The position numbers were made by a program, and so were the translations under genes. This document shows, piece after piece, positions 1 through 12,319 of a stretch of 64,000 bases of DNA; the stretch's first letter is position 1; every line of letters begins with the position of its first letter. The stretch comes from Octopus vulgaris (taxonomy: Eukaryota): positions 99,572,001 through 99,636,000 of the forward strand of contig OX597817.1 in the NCBI GenBank assembly GCA_951406725.2, given 5' to 3'. The notes beneath the pieces were generated by a model. It did no database searches, was not told the DNA's origin, and saw nothing but the letters and a program-made list of their open reading frames with translations.

Positions 1-432
1 CGACTGATGTAAATCGTGTCCCTCTCGCCTGCCACACTCGCCACTCACGCCGCCTCGAACCTTTGTACTGCTATTTCACGCCTGAAATAAATCGCTGGAT
101 AAACTTACACCTCTTGTCTGCTCCAGTTTTGCTGATTACGACCACAGTCCTTTTCAGGGCTAATTCAAGTCTGATCTGAATGCGATAACAGTCCTTTTTA
201 GGACTACTCTCAGATCCGATCTAATTGCGATAACAGTCCTTTTTAGGACTATTCTTGGATCGATCTAATTGCGATAACAGTCCTTTTTAGGATTACTCTC
301 AGATCCGATCTAATTGCGATAACAGTCCTTTTTAGGACTATTCTTGGATCGGATCTAATTGCGATAACCGTCCTTTCAAGGGCTACCCTCAGATCAGACC
401 AGAAGTAGTGGCCAAGAACCATACCCGCTACA
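1..432 (+). repeat. 5' LTR (3' part) of CsRn1-like element, with about 6 tandem 45-bp units
   Basis: Ends ...CCCGCTACA directly before the PBS; matches 11779-12194; unit ATAACAGTCCTTTTTAGGACTACTCTCAGATCCGATCTAATTGCG. Confidence 0.92.
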
Positions 433-434
433 AT

Positions 435-447
435 TGGTGACCCCGAC
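435..447 (+). promoter_or_regulatory. Primer binding site, tRNA-Trp
   Basis: TGGTGACCCCGAC is complementary to the 3' end of eukaryotic tRNA-Trp (..GUCGGGGUCACCA), 2 nt after the LTR end. Confidence 0.9.
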
Positions 448-540
448 AACGAATCAAGCGAACAGCATATCAAGAATCAGCATGGACACGCTAAAACCAA
501 CAACAGAGGCCGATATACAACCACGCAAGCAGCTTTAACC

Positions 541-1280
541 ATGAAGGTCCCGGTTTTTTGGTCCAACGACCCAGCCCTGTGGTTCGTCCACATAGAAGCA
601 CAATTCGCCGCGAATAGAATCAAGCACGCGAATAGAATCAAGCACCGCCAGGCACGGTGTCGTACGAAGCTTTCCGCAAGGAATTAATAATGCGAACTAC
701 CGCATCACAGCAGAGACGACACAACCAACTCGTATCTGCAGAAGAGTTGGGGGACAGAAAACCGTCCCAACTGCTGCGTAAAATGAGACAGCTGATGGAG
801 GGCCAACCGCTGTTAGAAGAGGTCCTGAAACGGCTTTTTCTACAGCGCCTGCCCTTACCAATGCAGGGCATTCTGGCGTCGACGAACGACACAGCAACCC
901 CGGAGGAATTTGCGCGTGTCGCAGATAGAATCGCTGAGGTGTCAAACCCCTTTTCTTCTGTGGCACAAATCAACCATCGGACGAACCCTTTCGAAGCGTC
1001 CTCAGACTCTACCTCCGAGATTGCAGAGCTGCGAGCTATGATCAGAGAGCAGGCTGGTCAAATTAAAGCCCTCACAAACAAGCTAGAAAACTGGACCTTG
1101 GAAACACACCGGCGGCGCAGCAACAGTTCATCAAGATCCACTCACCGTCGAAGATCCAGAAGTCCCAGTCAAAATCGTGTGTCTGGCAACATCTGCTGGT
1201 ATCACGCAGAATTCGGCGCACGGGCATCTAGGTGCAAGGCCCCGTGCTCTTTTCTGAATACCACCCAGGGAAACGGGTAG
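541..1280 (+). pseudogene. gag: Gypsy gag (CsRn1-type), disrupted near 610-660
   Basis: KVPVFWSNDPALWF start; LGDRKPSQLLRKM; C-terminal CWYHAEFGARASRCKAPC (CHCC). Confidence 0.9.
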
Positions 1281-1312
1281 ACCAGGGCCTTGCGACGACG
1301 TTCACCCCTGGT
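1268..1312 (+). promoter_or_regulatory. -1 ribosomal frameshift signal gag/pol
   Basis: G GGA AAC slippery heptamer in the gag frame, followed 6 nt later by ACCAGGG...CCCTGGT hairpin; pol ORF lies in the -1 frame. Confidence 0.8.
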
Positions 1313-4300
1313 ACTGAGAAAAAAAATCGTCTGTTTTTTATTAACGACCAAGCGACGGGCATCCGCTATCTCGTGGATACAGGAGCCCAGGTTAGTGTTA
1401 TTCCTGTTTCACTAGTCTCGGGCAAACGACATCCAACACCGTCCTTTCTGCAGGCAGTGAACCGATCATCAATTCCGACTTTCGGTGAGAAATCACTGAC
1501 CCTGAATCTAGGCCTGAGGCGTCGTTTCCAGTTCATTTTCATCGTGGCAGACCTACCGATTCCTATCTTAGGAGCCGATTTTCTCCACCACTTCAACCTT
1601 CTGGTGGACATGAAGAACCGGAGGCTTATTGACACCACCACAAACCTCACTGTGAGAGGTATATTTACCACGCAACCGACAGTGAGCCCTGTAATCTGTC
1701 AGTCAGAGCCTTCGTGTTACAACAGCATACTCCAGAAATATCCAGACATCACTCGCCCGGTATGTAAAGATGGACCCATTAAACATCGTATCACACATCA
1801 CATCGAGACACGGGACCACCCACAGCCGCCCGACCAAGGAGACTGCTTCCAGACCGATTGCGAATCGCCAAACAGGAATTTCAGCACATGCTGGACCTTG
1901 GAATCATTCGCCCTTCCTCCAGCAACTGGTCTGCACCTCTACACCTTGTTCCCCAAAAATCAGAGAACGACTGGCGACCATGTGGGGATTATCGTGCACT
2001 CAACAATACCACAGTACCCGATAATTACCCTGTACCTCACTTGCACGATTTTTCTGCCTCTCTGCAAGGCGCACGCATCTTTTCTAAGATAGATTTGGCG
2101 CGGGCATATAACCAGATACCTGTGGAGCCTGCTGATATTCCAAAGACGGCAATCACAACACCGTTCCGTTAATTCGAATTTCTGCGAATGCCGTTCGGTC
2201 TGCGCAACGCTGCACAAACTTTTCAACGGTTCATTGACACCGTATTACATGACCTACCTTTTGTGTACGCGTATATCGACGATGTACTAGTAGCAAGTAC
2301 TTCTAAGCAAGAACACGAGAAGCACTTGGATCTTCTGTTCCAACGTTTGGCCGAGTACGGCATCATCATCAACCCAAGCAAGTGCGTTCTCGGCGTTCCT
2401 TCACTGTCCTTTCTCGGGCACATGATTGATAAAGACGGTATTCGTCCACTTCCTGAGAAAGTAGACGCTATCCGCAATTTTCCAGCACCTACATCACTTC
2501 GGAAACTACGTGAATTCCTCGGTTTGGTTCATTTTTATAGGCGTTTCATCCCTCATTGTGCTGACGCAGCCCGACTCCTCACGGACCTTCTTCGCAACCG
2601 GACTCGGAAAAATGAAGACATAACGTTGAACGAGGAAGAATTAACATCTTTCAACGGTCTGAAAGAAATGCTGGCAAACGCTTCCATGCTCGTTTTCCCC
2701 AGGTCTGGCGCTCCTCTTTCGCTGCTAGTGGACGCATCAGACATGGGGGTTGGAGGCGTTTTGCAACAATATGTCGACGACGTTTGGCAACCCTTATCCT
2801 TCTTTTCTAAGCGGTTGCAACCCACTAAAACCAAATATAGTACGTTCGGCCGTGAACTCTTGGCAACCTACCTTTCAGTGAAGCATTTTCGTCACATGCT
2901 CGAAGGATCGGATTTCGTAATCTACACGGACCATAAACCACTAGTTTATGCGTTCCGTACCAAACCGGATCGACATTCACCGAGAGAACTTCGCCACTTG
3001 GACTTTGTCTCCCAATATTCAACCAATATTCGGCATATCAAGGGATCAGACAACGTAGCAGCTGACGCTCTGTCCCGAATCCAGCTGAATGCAATACATG
3101 TGGATTCAGGCATCGACCTTCATCAAATTGCAGCTGACCAAGAGACTGACGAAGAGTTTATCAAACTCCGAGATTCGCCATCCCTCAAGTTTCAGCAAGT
3201 TCCCATTCGTTCTTCTCCGGGACAAATTTGGTGCGACATTTCTACTGGTCATGAACGACCGTACGTACCACAGATGCATCGACAACAAGTGTACGGCACC
3301 TGGTCAGATGGTTGCTCCCATCTCTCCTCAGGACGTTCCAGACCCAGGATCATACGTACACCGACTTCGTCAATACATGTCTCACCTTGCCCCTGCGAGC
3401 ACCCGCCAACAGAACACGAACACACATGTACCTGCAGACATTAGTGATTGGACGCACGTTTTTGTTAGAAATGACACCATCTCCACTAATTACACTGTTT
3501 GTCTCACCCGGGAATCCGGGCTACACAGAAACTCATTTCTGCTCGTTTTGTGTGGACCAACATTAACAATGACGTGTGCGACTGGTCCAGGAGCTGCATT
3601 GCCTGTCAGAAATCCAAAGTCCACAGACACATCAAAACGCCACTCGGCACATTCGCGCAACCTGATGCACGTTTTCAGCATGTGCATATCGACATCGTCG
3701 GACCTTTACCATCATCACAGAACTGCACTCACTTGCTCACCTGCATTGATCGTTTTTCTATAAGTGATACCTCAGCGGAAACGGTGGCTAAAACTTTGGT
3801 TTTACACTGGGTATCACGTAATGGCGCCCCAGCGAATATAATAACGGACAGAGGACGCCAATTTGATTCCCATCTCTTCAGGGAACTGACTCGTCTGTTA
3901 GGATGTAAACACATCCGCACAACAGCTTATCACCCGCAAGCTAATGGTCTTGTGGAAAGATTCCATCGTCAATTGAAAGCTGCAATAAAGGCGTACCCAG
4001 ACAAGACCCATTGGTTTGAATACCTGCCACTCATCCTTCTTGGCATCCGTTCCACCGTTAAGGAACAATTTAGACACACACCTGCAGAATTAGTGTACGG
4101 CACCTGGTCAGATGGTTGCTCCCATCTCTCCTCAGGACGTTCCAGACCCAGGATCATACGTACACCGACTTCGTCAATACATGTCTCACCTTGCCCCTGC
4201 GAGCACCCGCCAACAAAACACGAACACACATGTATCTGCAGACATTAGTGATTGGACGCACGTTTTTGTTAGAAATGACACCATCTCCACTAATCTTCAA

Positions 4301-4552
4301 CCTCCATATTCTGGCCCTTACCGTGTCCTAGAAACACACCCAAAATATTTTGTCATCGATCAAAATGGTAAACAGAATTCTGTCAGTGTGGACAGATTAA
4401 AAAAAGCCATCATGGACACGATTACGGTTTCTACGCCAGAAACTCCAGCAGCTTGCATTCCCAGCAAACCACCTGTTTCATCTCCAGTCACAAGAAGTGG
4501 ACGACGTGTCCATTGGCCCGCCAAGTTGGCACAATACGTGAAATATCGTTAA
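1274..4552 (+). pseudogene. pol: Gypsy pol (protease, RT, RNase H, integrase), frameshifted
   Basis: LVDTGA protease; [11 protein letters not shown]; YIDD; VDASD and YTDHKPL; HPG..C..C zinc finger; TDRGRQF; GPY motif; split over ORFs 1232, 1858, 2188, 3499 and 4112. Confidence 0.95.
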
Positions 4553-4870
4553 AACCGAGTTTCACAAGCATGCTTCTTGCGAAACATTCCTATATTGTTT
4601 GTTTCTAATCTTTCCTGCACCATTTGCTCATGTTGTCATTGTCACGAAAAACATTATTTATTACAAACATTATTTATTACCGGTAGTTTCTCTGCCCGTG
4701 GGACTTTTTGTCACGCAATCCACAGGCAGACCAACCCAAATCCAACAGACTCATTCATCATTTTGTAGTTCATTTTTATCTGTTAATATATATATATATT
4801 TTCTTTTCTCTGACTCATCACTGTACGATTTGTCGCTCTTTTGTTGTACAAAAGATCTGGCAGAGAGCTA

Positions 4871-5024
4871 TGTACAGTCACCGGAAGTAACTTGCACGGA
4901 CACCGGAAATACATCTGCCATCAAAGCAACTACCCCCAGCGACTTGCCTGACCTTTCATTGGACAAAAGCTACCTACCTGCCATTCTATTGGACACTGGC
5001 TAAACATCACTGCTGTAAACATCA
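4871..5024 (+). repeat. U3 start of the 3' LTR of the CsRn1-like element
   Basis: TGTA start (inverse of the TACA LTR end) directly after purine-rich GGCAGAGAGCTA; two ATTGG (CCAAT) boxes; interrupted by Tx1. Confidence 0.65.
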
Positions 5025-6341
5025 CTGCAGTAGCCAAGACCTGGTCTTGGCAGTGGTTATCCCTGAAAGGTAGGGCGGAGGTAGCCAATGTGTTTATCGC
5101 ATCGGTGATCACCTACCGCCTTGCCGTCGTGCCTTGTCCGGATTCGTGGTTGACCAAGCTGGAAAGACAGCTCTTTCACTTCTTGTGGAAGGGCTCGAAA
5201 CCACTTGTGAGACGCTCTATTTGTTGTCAAAAACCGTTAAAGGGTGGACTAGGGATGCCGTGGCTAATGATGCGCAGAAATGCGCTGAGGTTAAGGCATT
5301 TGTGGCTCCATCTGGATGGTGAACGGGTATGGTCTCCGCTGGCGAAACAGATGTTTCCCAAGTTCACCAGTTTTGGTGGACGGGAAGCCTGGTATAATCG
5401 CAGATCGAAGTTGGATACATGGTATACGGAGTGTCGCAAGGCACTCCGACTATTCCGTCGCTCGGGCAACGCCTGCGGCAGTGGTTCTACCGCTGTTTTC
5501 TATAGAGGTTTTGTAGAGGCCGGTTGCGATGATACGTTAGAAGAAACCCTAGGTTTCGACGATAATCAGCTGGCCAGTCTGTTCCAACGTATATTCGGGC
5601 CGAGGACCCTGGATAATTTTCAGAAGTTCTTGGCTTGGCAGTGTTACCGAGGAGCCTTAATTGTTCGGGACAAACTCTCAAGGCACGGTTGGCCAAGTCA
5701 GCCCGACCTGTCCGAGGTGTGGGCAAGACAGGGAAACCGTCTTGCACGCGATCGTGCAGTGTTCGGAGGTGGCAGATATGTGAGTTTTTGCCGAACAACT
5801 GTTGTCAAGTGGAGGAAGAGTACAGCTATCGACTGAATCCATTGTAAAAATCAGCCCACCGGATTTCTTAACGAAAGAAGGTAAGAATTGTTTTCTCTCT
5901 GTGGTTTCAACTGCGAAACAGGTAGTATGGAAGACAAGGATGAAAGGAATGATAACAGGCGACTTCATCTCTGGTTCTAGTCTGGTGGAATATTTTAAAT
6001 TCCACCTGAAAAGACAAATAGAACTAGAGAGGAGGGGCCTGAGTAAGAAAGCGTTTGATGAAAGGTGGAAAAATGTGGTGAATAAAAGGTCCTTCATAAA
6101 TACGAGATAGGCCGTAAAAGAAAAAGAAAAAAACATATGGTCATGTGTCGTGGCGGGGATCGTGGGGTCCGTAGACCCGCCCCACTCCATTTGTAAATTT
6201 GTCCAAGTAATTGTATCATCATTCGAAAATTGTATAATTATCATCCAATTTTTAATCGACCCCAAAACGCATTTTAATGTAAAAATCATTCGTGATTGTT
6301 TTGTCCTCTCTGTGTAGCCCTTTATGGGTAATAAAGAAAAA
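5025..6341 (+). mobile_element. 5'-truncated Tx1/L1-clade LINE (copy A)
   Basis: High identity to 10475-11758; ORF2 C-terminus with zinc-finger remnant; AATAAAGAAAAA 3' end. Confidence 0.9.
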
Positions 6342-6566
6342 GCAGTTGGCTTTTGGGCACATGATATACTGCGGTGAGTTATTTATCTGTCTGTTTTTTA
6401 ATATTTTGAGAACGAATCTGTAAGTGTTGAACTTTTGTTGAAAATTGCTGTTTGAACTTTGAACGTCTGGTGTTTAACCAGAAAAATATTGTTATTCCCC
6501 TCCGTAAGGAGGGGAAAGTGCTGTGCGTTGTAGCATAACATAACACAAAAAACAAAAAAAAAATTT

Positions 6567-8081
6567 TTGAAAATGAACAAAGAAAATATTTTGTCTGAAA
6601 AAATGTTTGAAACACTATCTGACGAAGGTTCGCCTTCTAGAGAAACTGTAGTAGGTTCGCCTACATTGAAAGTTGTTAAAAGTTCGTCTTTAAAAGAAAC
6701 TGTAATAGACTCGCCCAAATTGAAAGTTGTTGAAGGTCCGCCTTCTGGTAAAGCTGTGAAAACAGCCAAAGTTGCTGAAGGTTCGCTTTCTGGTGAAGCT
6801 GTGAAAACAGACAAAGTTAGTGAAGGTTCGCCTTCCAAAGGAAAAAGTGAAACAAAAACTTACATCTTCGCAGCCGCCGCTGGAAGAAAAACTGAAGAAA
6901 TCAAAATGGAAGAGATCGATTTCGAAAATTATAAAACTATGTTCACAAGGGAGAGGAACAATATAAAAGCAACCCTCCCACAAGAAATTAAAGACAGTAC
7001 TCTAAAAAGAATAATAATATATAAATCATATATTATAAAAGAAAAGAAAATTGAGAAAGTGTCGAAGGAACAGGCGGAAAAATGCCTTCAACCAATATGG
7101 CGCGATGTAGACTACGTGAGGTGGGGGGAAAAGTACGCCACAATAGCGGTGTACTTCAAAGAGGAAGAAATGGCTAAAATGCATTCACTAACCCCGATCA
7201 AAACCAGTGACATAATCCTTCTACCTTCATATCTGGGGCGAAGAACATCCAAAATACGGATAGAAGATATTCCCCCAGAAATAGAATTGAAGTGGTTATT
7301 TTCAGCCCTATTAATAGGGCTGGAAAAGAAAATAAATGTAATAAACATCACTAAGATCCAAAAAGAAAACTGGAGAGGCTAGACGCTGCAAATAACAGTA
7401 CAGGCGGCCCCAGAAACTCTGGAAGAGGTCCCGGAGAACATCAATTTCGACGAGGAAATAAACTTGCGGGTGGTGGTGGAGGGGCGAAAGCCGAGATGTT
7501 ATGACTGTGGCGAAAAGGGCCACATCCGTGTGGAATGCCCCACCCGCAAGAAAGAGGAAGATAAAAGAAGGGCAGAAGAAGAGGAGAAGAAGAGCAAAGA
7601 GACGGAGGGAACAAAACAAAAGGAAGATGAAAATGCCTTCACGCTGGTGAGGCAAAAGAAAACACCCAAAAGAAAGAACGATGACGTAAACCCACCCATC
7701 CCATGTACAAACAAAAAGAAAACAAACACACAGGGGGAAAATCTACCCCACCCAACCACAAAAAAAAGAAAAAAAGAGAAGACCCCCAGCCCAACCCGAA
7801 CCAACAGTGCCGAGCAATTCCCTTCCCTCCCAAACTACTCCCCGTGTTCCCCCCATCATACTCCCCGCTGTCCTCCCCATCACCCCCACAAAGCCCAAAA
7901 AAAGAAAATAATAGAAATCGAGACAGTATTCGTCTCTATAAACAAAGCAAATGACAGGTTAACAAAACAAATAGACGATATATCAACGGCACACAAAATC
8001 CAGACACATAGGGTACTCCCCAAAAATGTCGATGTTTACAAAATGGACAGGATGAATTTTAATATTATAAGAGAGGAGTGA
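6567..8081 (+). pseudogene. Tx1 ORF1 (gag-like, CCHC zinc knuckle), one in-frame stop at 7380
   Basis: ORFs 6567 and 7464 are in the same frame; CYDCGEKGHIRVEC; K/E-rich tail. Confidence 0.85.
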
Positions 8082-8171
8082 CCGGGGGACATTAATGGTC
8101 CGCGACTCGACCTTCACGAGCGGACTTCCCCCCATGACCAACAGAAAAGAAAAACAACTAAAAGGTAGGTA

Positions 8172-11100
8172 ATGTCTCGTATATATGTAGGGTGTATAAA
8201 TGTACGTGGCCTGATGTCGAACTGGAAGCAAGGGCGCCGCCTAAATGACATCAGGTCACGAGATTTAGATGTTGTTGCCACAGAAACCTGATTAAAGGGG
8301 CAAAGAGATATGCTCCCGCTGCTCGGCGGTTACGAGGGAATTATCTCTCCAAGCCGTTCGTCCGGCGGAAGCGGTGTGTTGGTCCAGTGTAAAAAGAACC
8401 GGGTTTCTGAGAAAAAGTTGATTTTTTCAGATCCAGAAGGTAGACTGGTCGTCGTTGATTTGACGTTCAGTAGTCGTAAGACAATCAGGCTGGTTGCGAT
8501 TTACGCACCCTATAAAATAGGGGAAAAAAGTGATTATTTTCGGAACCTTGGAAAGTTTCTGAGTACATCGCACCCCTTAGTAATTTTAGGAGACTTCAAC
8601 ACAATCTGCGATGCGCGGGTAGACTGTGAGGGCTCGCGTACAGATAGGAAGGAAATGCTTGCTTCCAGGATTTACTAAGACGTTTCGAGCTGGTAGATCC
8701 ATATAGACTGGAACATCCGAACGCTCCATTGTGGACATGGTCAAGCAGCGACGGATCTTCCAAGTCATACATAGACAGGATACTAATTAAAAAAGTAGAT
8801 AGAAAACTAGCTAAGAGTCCACAGCTCCACATGGTCAGCTCCAGTGACCACAAGATGGTCACCTGTAGGCTAGACATAGATAAGACGAATAGAGGTCCTG
8901 GTTACTGGAAACTTAATACGTCCCTTTTGGCGATTAAGGAGTACAGTGACAGGATTAGGTTAATGATTCAGAGGGCCATGACCGGATCCATTATTAACGA
9001 CAAATGGTGGTATTCCCTCAAGCGAGCCATCAGATACGAGTCTATTAGGTATAGTATAGATCTAGTAGCTAGAGAGGCTAGAAAGGAATCAGCACTAGTT
9101 AAGGACTTAGAGGAAGCAATACGAACTGGCACTGCGGCTCAGGTGAAGGTCAAGAGGCTGGTTTTAAACCAGCACTTCGAAGCCAAACACATGGGTTGCA
9201 TTGTCAGGGCTAGACAACTTGCAATGGGGAGCGAAGGAATCAAGGCCGCAGGATGGGCCCGACTGGTGGAAGCCCAACGTGGCAACGATGCTACAATTCG
9301 ATCTTTGACGAACCAACAGGGTAAGTTGATAGACGAGCCCGAGGAGATGTGCGAGGCTTTTCAGGACCACTTCGCCCAGCTCTTAGGGGGGAGTGGCGGA
9401 CCGGATTGGAGGAGGGGCCAAACGGACCTCTTCGACGAGCTGCCGCGCCTCTCAGAGCGGGACGCGAAGTGTAGTGAGGAGCCGATCACGCCTGGGAAAG
9501 TAATAGAGGCCATGGCTAACTGCGGTGCAGGTAAGGCGCCGGAACTGGATTGTCTACCCTACGAGCTTTACAAGAGTATGCCGGACTTGTTCGGGGACTT
9601 ACTGGCGAACGTCTACGCGAACTGGCAACGGAATGGGTTTATTCCCAGATCTGTGCGTCGGGGAGTGGTGACACTAGTCAGGAAGGACCAAAACAAGGGG
9701 TATGTCATTGATAATTTTAGGCCCATCACTCTGCTTAATGCAGAGCTGAACATTTTGGCCAAAGTGTTATCTAACAGATTGGCGCATGTCGCGGATGGAC
9801 TAATTGGGAAGGCACAAACGTGTGCCGTACTAGGCAGGTCCATTCAGGATAATCTCCATCTAATTAGATACACTATAGAGGGAATTAATAGTGATCCCGG
9901 CAAGAGAGGGGCAGTGGTCCATTTAGACCAATCAAAAGCCTTCGATAGGGTCGACCATCATTACCTGGTGTCCGTTCTGGCTCAGTTCGGTCTGGGTCTT
10001 GGCTTCCTCGGGTGGATCATTGAAATGTACGACAACGTCGACTCGGTAGTTCGGGTGAACGGCTTTATTTCTAAGCCGTTCAGAGTCAAATGCTCGGTTC
10101 GTCAAGGATGCCCACCCTCCCCGCTTTTGTATGTAGTGGCTATTGAGCCGCTACTGCGAAAGCTGAGTGGCATCCCGAGGCAGCCAGGTCGTGGAATGTC
10201 GGTTTCGGCGTACGCGGATGACATCACTATCATCGTGACCGAAGTTGACCTCCTACGTAAAGTAGGCAAGGCCATAGAGGTATACGAGACGGTGACAGGA
10301 GCAAAAGTTAATCGTGAAAAGTCAGTCAGCTTGCAGCTCGGCACCTGGAGAGGCAAGTCGATGCCTTCAGACAGCGTCGTGGGACGTTGGACGAGGGCCC
10401 GATTAAGTTGCTCGGGGTTTGGTTCGGATCAGACCTCCAAATAGAGAACTGAGGCGAGGTATCGAGCAGGGTGGCTGCAGTAGCCAAGACCTGGTCTTGG
10501 CGGTGGTTATCCCTGAAAGGAAGGGCGGAGGTAGCTAATGTGTTTATCACATCGGTGATCACCTACCGCCTTGCCCGGATTCGTGGTTGACCAAGTTGGA
10601 AAGACAGCTCTTTCACTTCTTGTGGAAGGGCTCGAAACCACTTGTGAGACGCTCTATTTGTTGTCAAAAACCGTTAAAGGGTGGACCAGGGATGCCGTGG
10701 ATAATGATGCGCAGAAATGCGCTGAGGTTAAGGCATCTGTGGCTCCATCTGGATGGTGAACGGGTGTGGTCTCCGTTGGCGAAACAGATGTTTCCCAAGT
10801 TCACCAGTTTTGGTGGACGGGAAGCCTGGTATAATCGCAGATCGAAGGCGGGTTCATGGTACACGGAGTGTCGCAAGGCACTCCGACTATTCCGTCGCTC
10901 GGGCAATGCCTGCGGCAGTGGTTCTACCGCTGTTTTCTATAGAGGGTTTGTAGAGGCCGGTTGCGATGATACGTTAGAAGAAACCCTAGGTTTCGACGAT
11001 AATCAGCTGGCCAGTCTGTTCCAACGTATATTCGGGCCGAGGACCCTTTTCAGAAGTCCTTGGCTTGGCAGTGTTACCGAGGAGCCTTAATTGTTCGGGA

Positions 11101-11539
11101 CAAACTCTCAAGGCACGGTGGCCAAGTCAGCCCGACCTGTCCGAGGAGTGGGCAAGACAGGGAAACCGTCTTGCACGCGATCGTGCAGTGTTCGGAGGTG
11201 GCAGATATGTGAGTTTTTGCCGAACAACTGTTGTCAAGTGGAGGAGGAGTACAGCTATCGACTGAATCCATTGTAAAAATCAGCCCACCGGATTTCTTAA
11301 CGAAAGAAGGTAAGAATTGTTTTCTCTATGTGGTTTCAACTGCGAAACAGGTAGTATGGAAGACAAGGATGAAAGGAATGATAACAGGCGACTTCATCTC
11401 TGGTTCTAGTCTGGTGGAATATTTTAAATTCCACCTGAAAAGACAAATAGAACTAGAGAGGAGGGGCCTGAGTAAGAAAGTGTTCAATGAAAGGCGGAAG
11501 AATGTTGTGAGTAAAAGGTCCCTCATGAATACGAGATAG
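8172..11539 (+). pseudogene. Tx1 ORF2 (APE endonuclease, RT, zinc finger), several frameshifts/stops
   Basis: INVRGL, LGDFN, SDHK, GPGYWKLN, FRPITLLN, LDQSKAFDRVDH, RQGCP, YADD. Confidence 0.93.
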
Positions 11540-11758
11540 GCCGAAAAGGAAAAAAGAGAAAAAAAACATAAGGTCAAGTGTCGTGGCGGGGTTCGTGGGG
11601 TCCGTAGACCCGCCCCATTGTCTAGTTGAATGTCTTGTCATCCGAAAATGTATAATCATCATTAAATTTTTAACTGACGCCAAATGCATAATTATGTAAA
11701 AATCATTCGTGATTGTGTTGTCTGTATTTGTTGAACAGAAATGGTGAATAAAGAAAAA

Positions 11759-12194
11759 GCAGTTGGCTTTTTGGCACTCGACTGATGTAAATCGTGTCCC
11801 TCTCGCCTGCCACGCTCGCCACTCACGCCGCCTCGAACCTTTGTACTGCTATTTCACGCCTGAAATAAATCGCTGGATAAACTTACACCTCTTGTCTGCT
11901 CGTCATTTCAACTACTGTTTTCGTCTGTCCAGTTTTGCTGATTACGACCACAGTCCTTTTCAGGGCTAATTCAAGTCTGATCTGAATGCGTTAACAGTCC
12001 TTTTTAGGACTACTCTCAGATCCGATCTAATTGCGATAACAGTCCTTTTTAGGACTACTCTCAGATCCGATCTAATTGCGATAACAGTCCTTTTTAGGAC
12101 TATTCTTGGATCGGATCTAATTGCGATAACCGTCCTTTCAAGGGCTACCCTCAGATCAGACCAGAAGTAGTGGCCAAGAATCATACCCGCTACA
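11759..12194 (+). repeat. Distal part of the 3' LTR of the CsRn1-like element (5 x 45-bp units)
   Basis: Matches 1-432; ends CCCGCTACA; followed by CA/TA microsatellite. Confidence 0.92.
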
Positions 12195-12319
12195 CATATA
12201 TACACACATATACATGCATAAGCAAAGTGTATATACTATGTACACGTGTAAAATACATAAATAAACACAATTAAACAATAAGTTCAAGTAGATATATATA
12301 CACATACATTGGAACATAT

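Larger units (their letters stand above)
6361..11758 (+). mobile_element. Full-length Tx1/L1-clade LINE (copy B) with 19-bp TSD
   Basis: ORF1 + ORF2 + 3'UTR + AATAAAGAAAAA; flanked by GCAGTTGGCTTTT(G/T)GGCAC at 6342-6360 and 11759-11777. Confidence 0.92.
1..12194 (+). mobile_element. Ty3/Gypsy LTR retrotransposon, CsRn1 clade; 5' LTR runs off the window start, 3' LTR split by Tx1 LINEs
   Basis: LTR copies 1-432 and 11779-12194 nearly identical; PBS; gag with CHCC motif; PR-RT-RH-IN order; degenerate PPT at 4859-4870. Confidence 0.95.

Noticed and set aside
143-405. Regularly spaced palindromic repeats resembling a CRISPR array
   Set aside because: No unique spacers; tandem 45-bp units inside a eukaryotic LTR; no cas genes
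5025-11758. Tx1 tandem as simple duplication or assembly error
   Set aside because: 3'UTRs and indels differ between the copies, and a TSD flanks copy B
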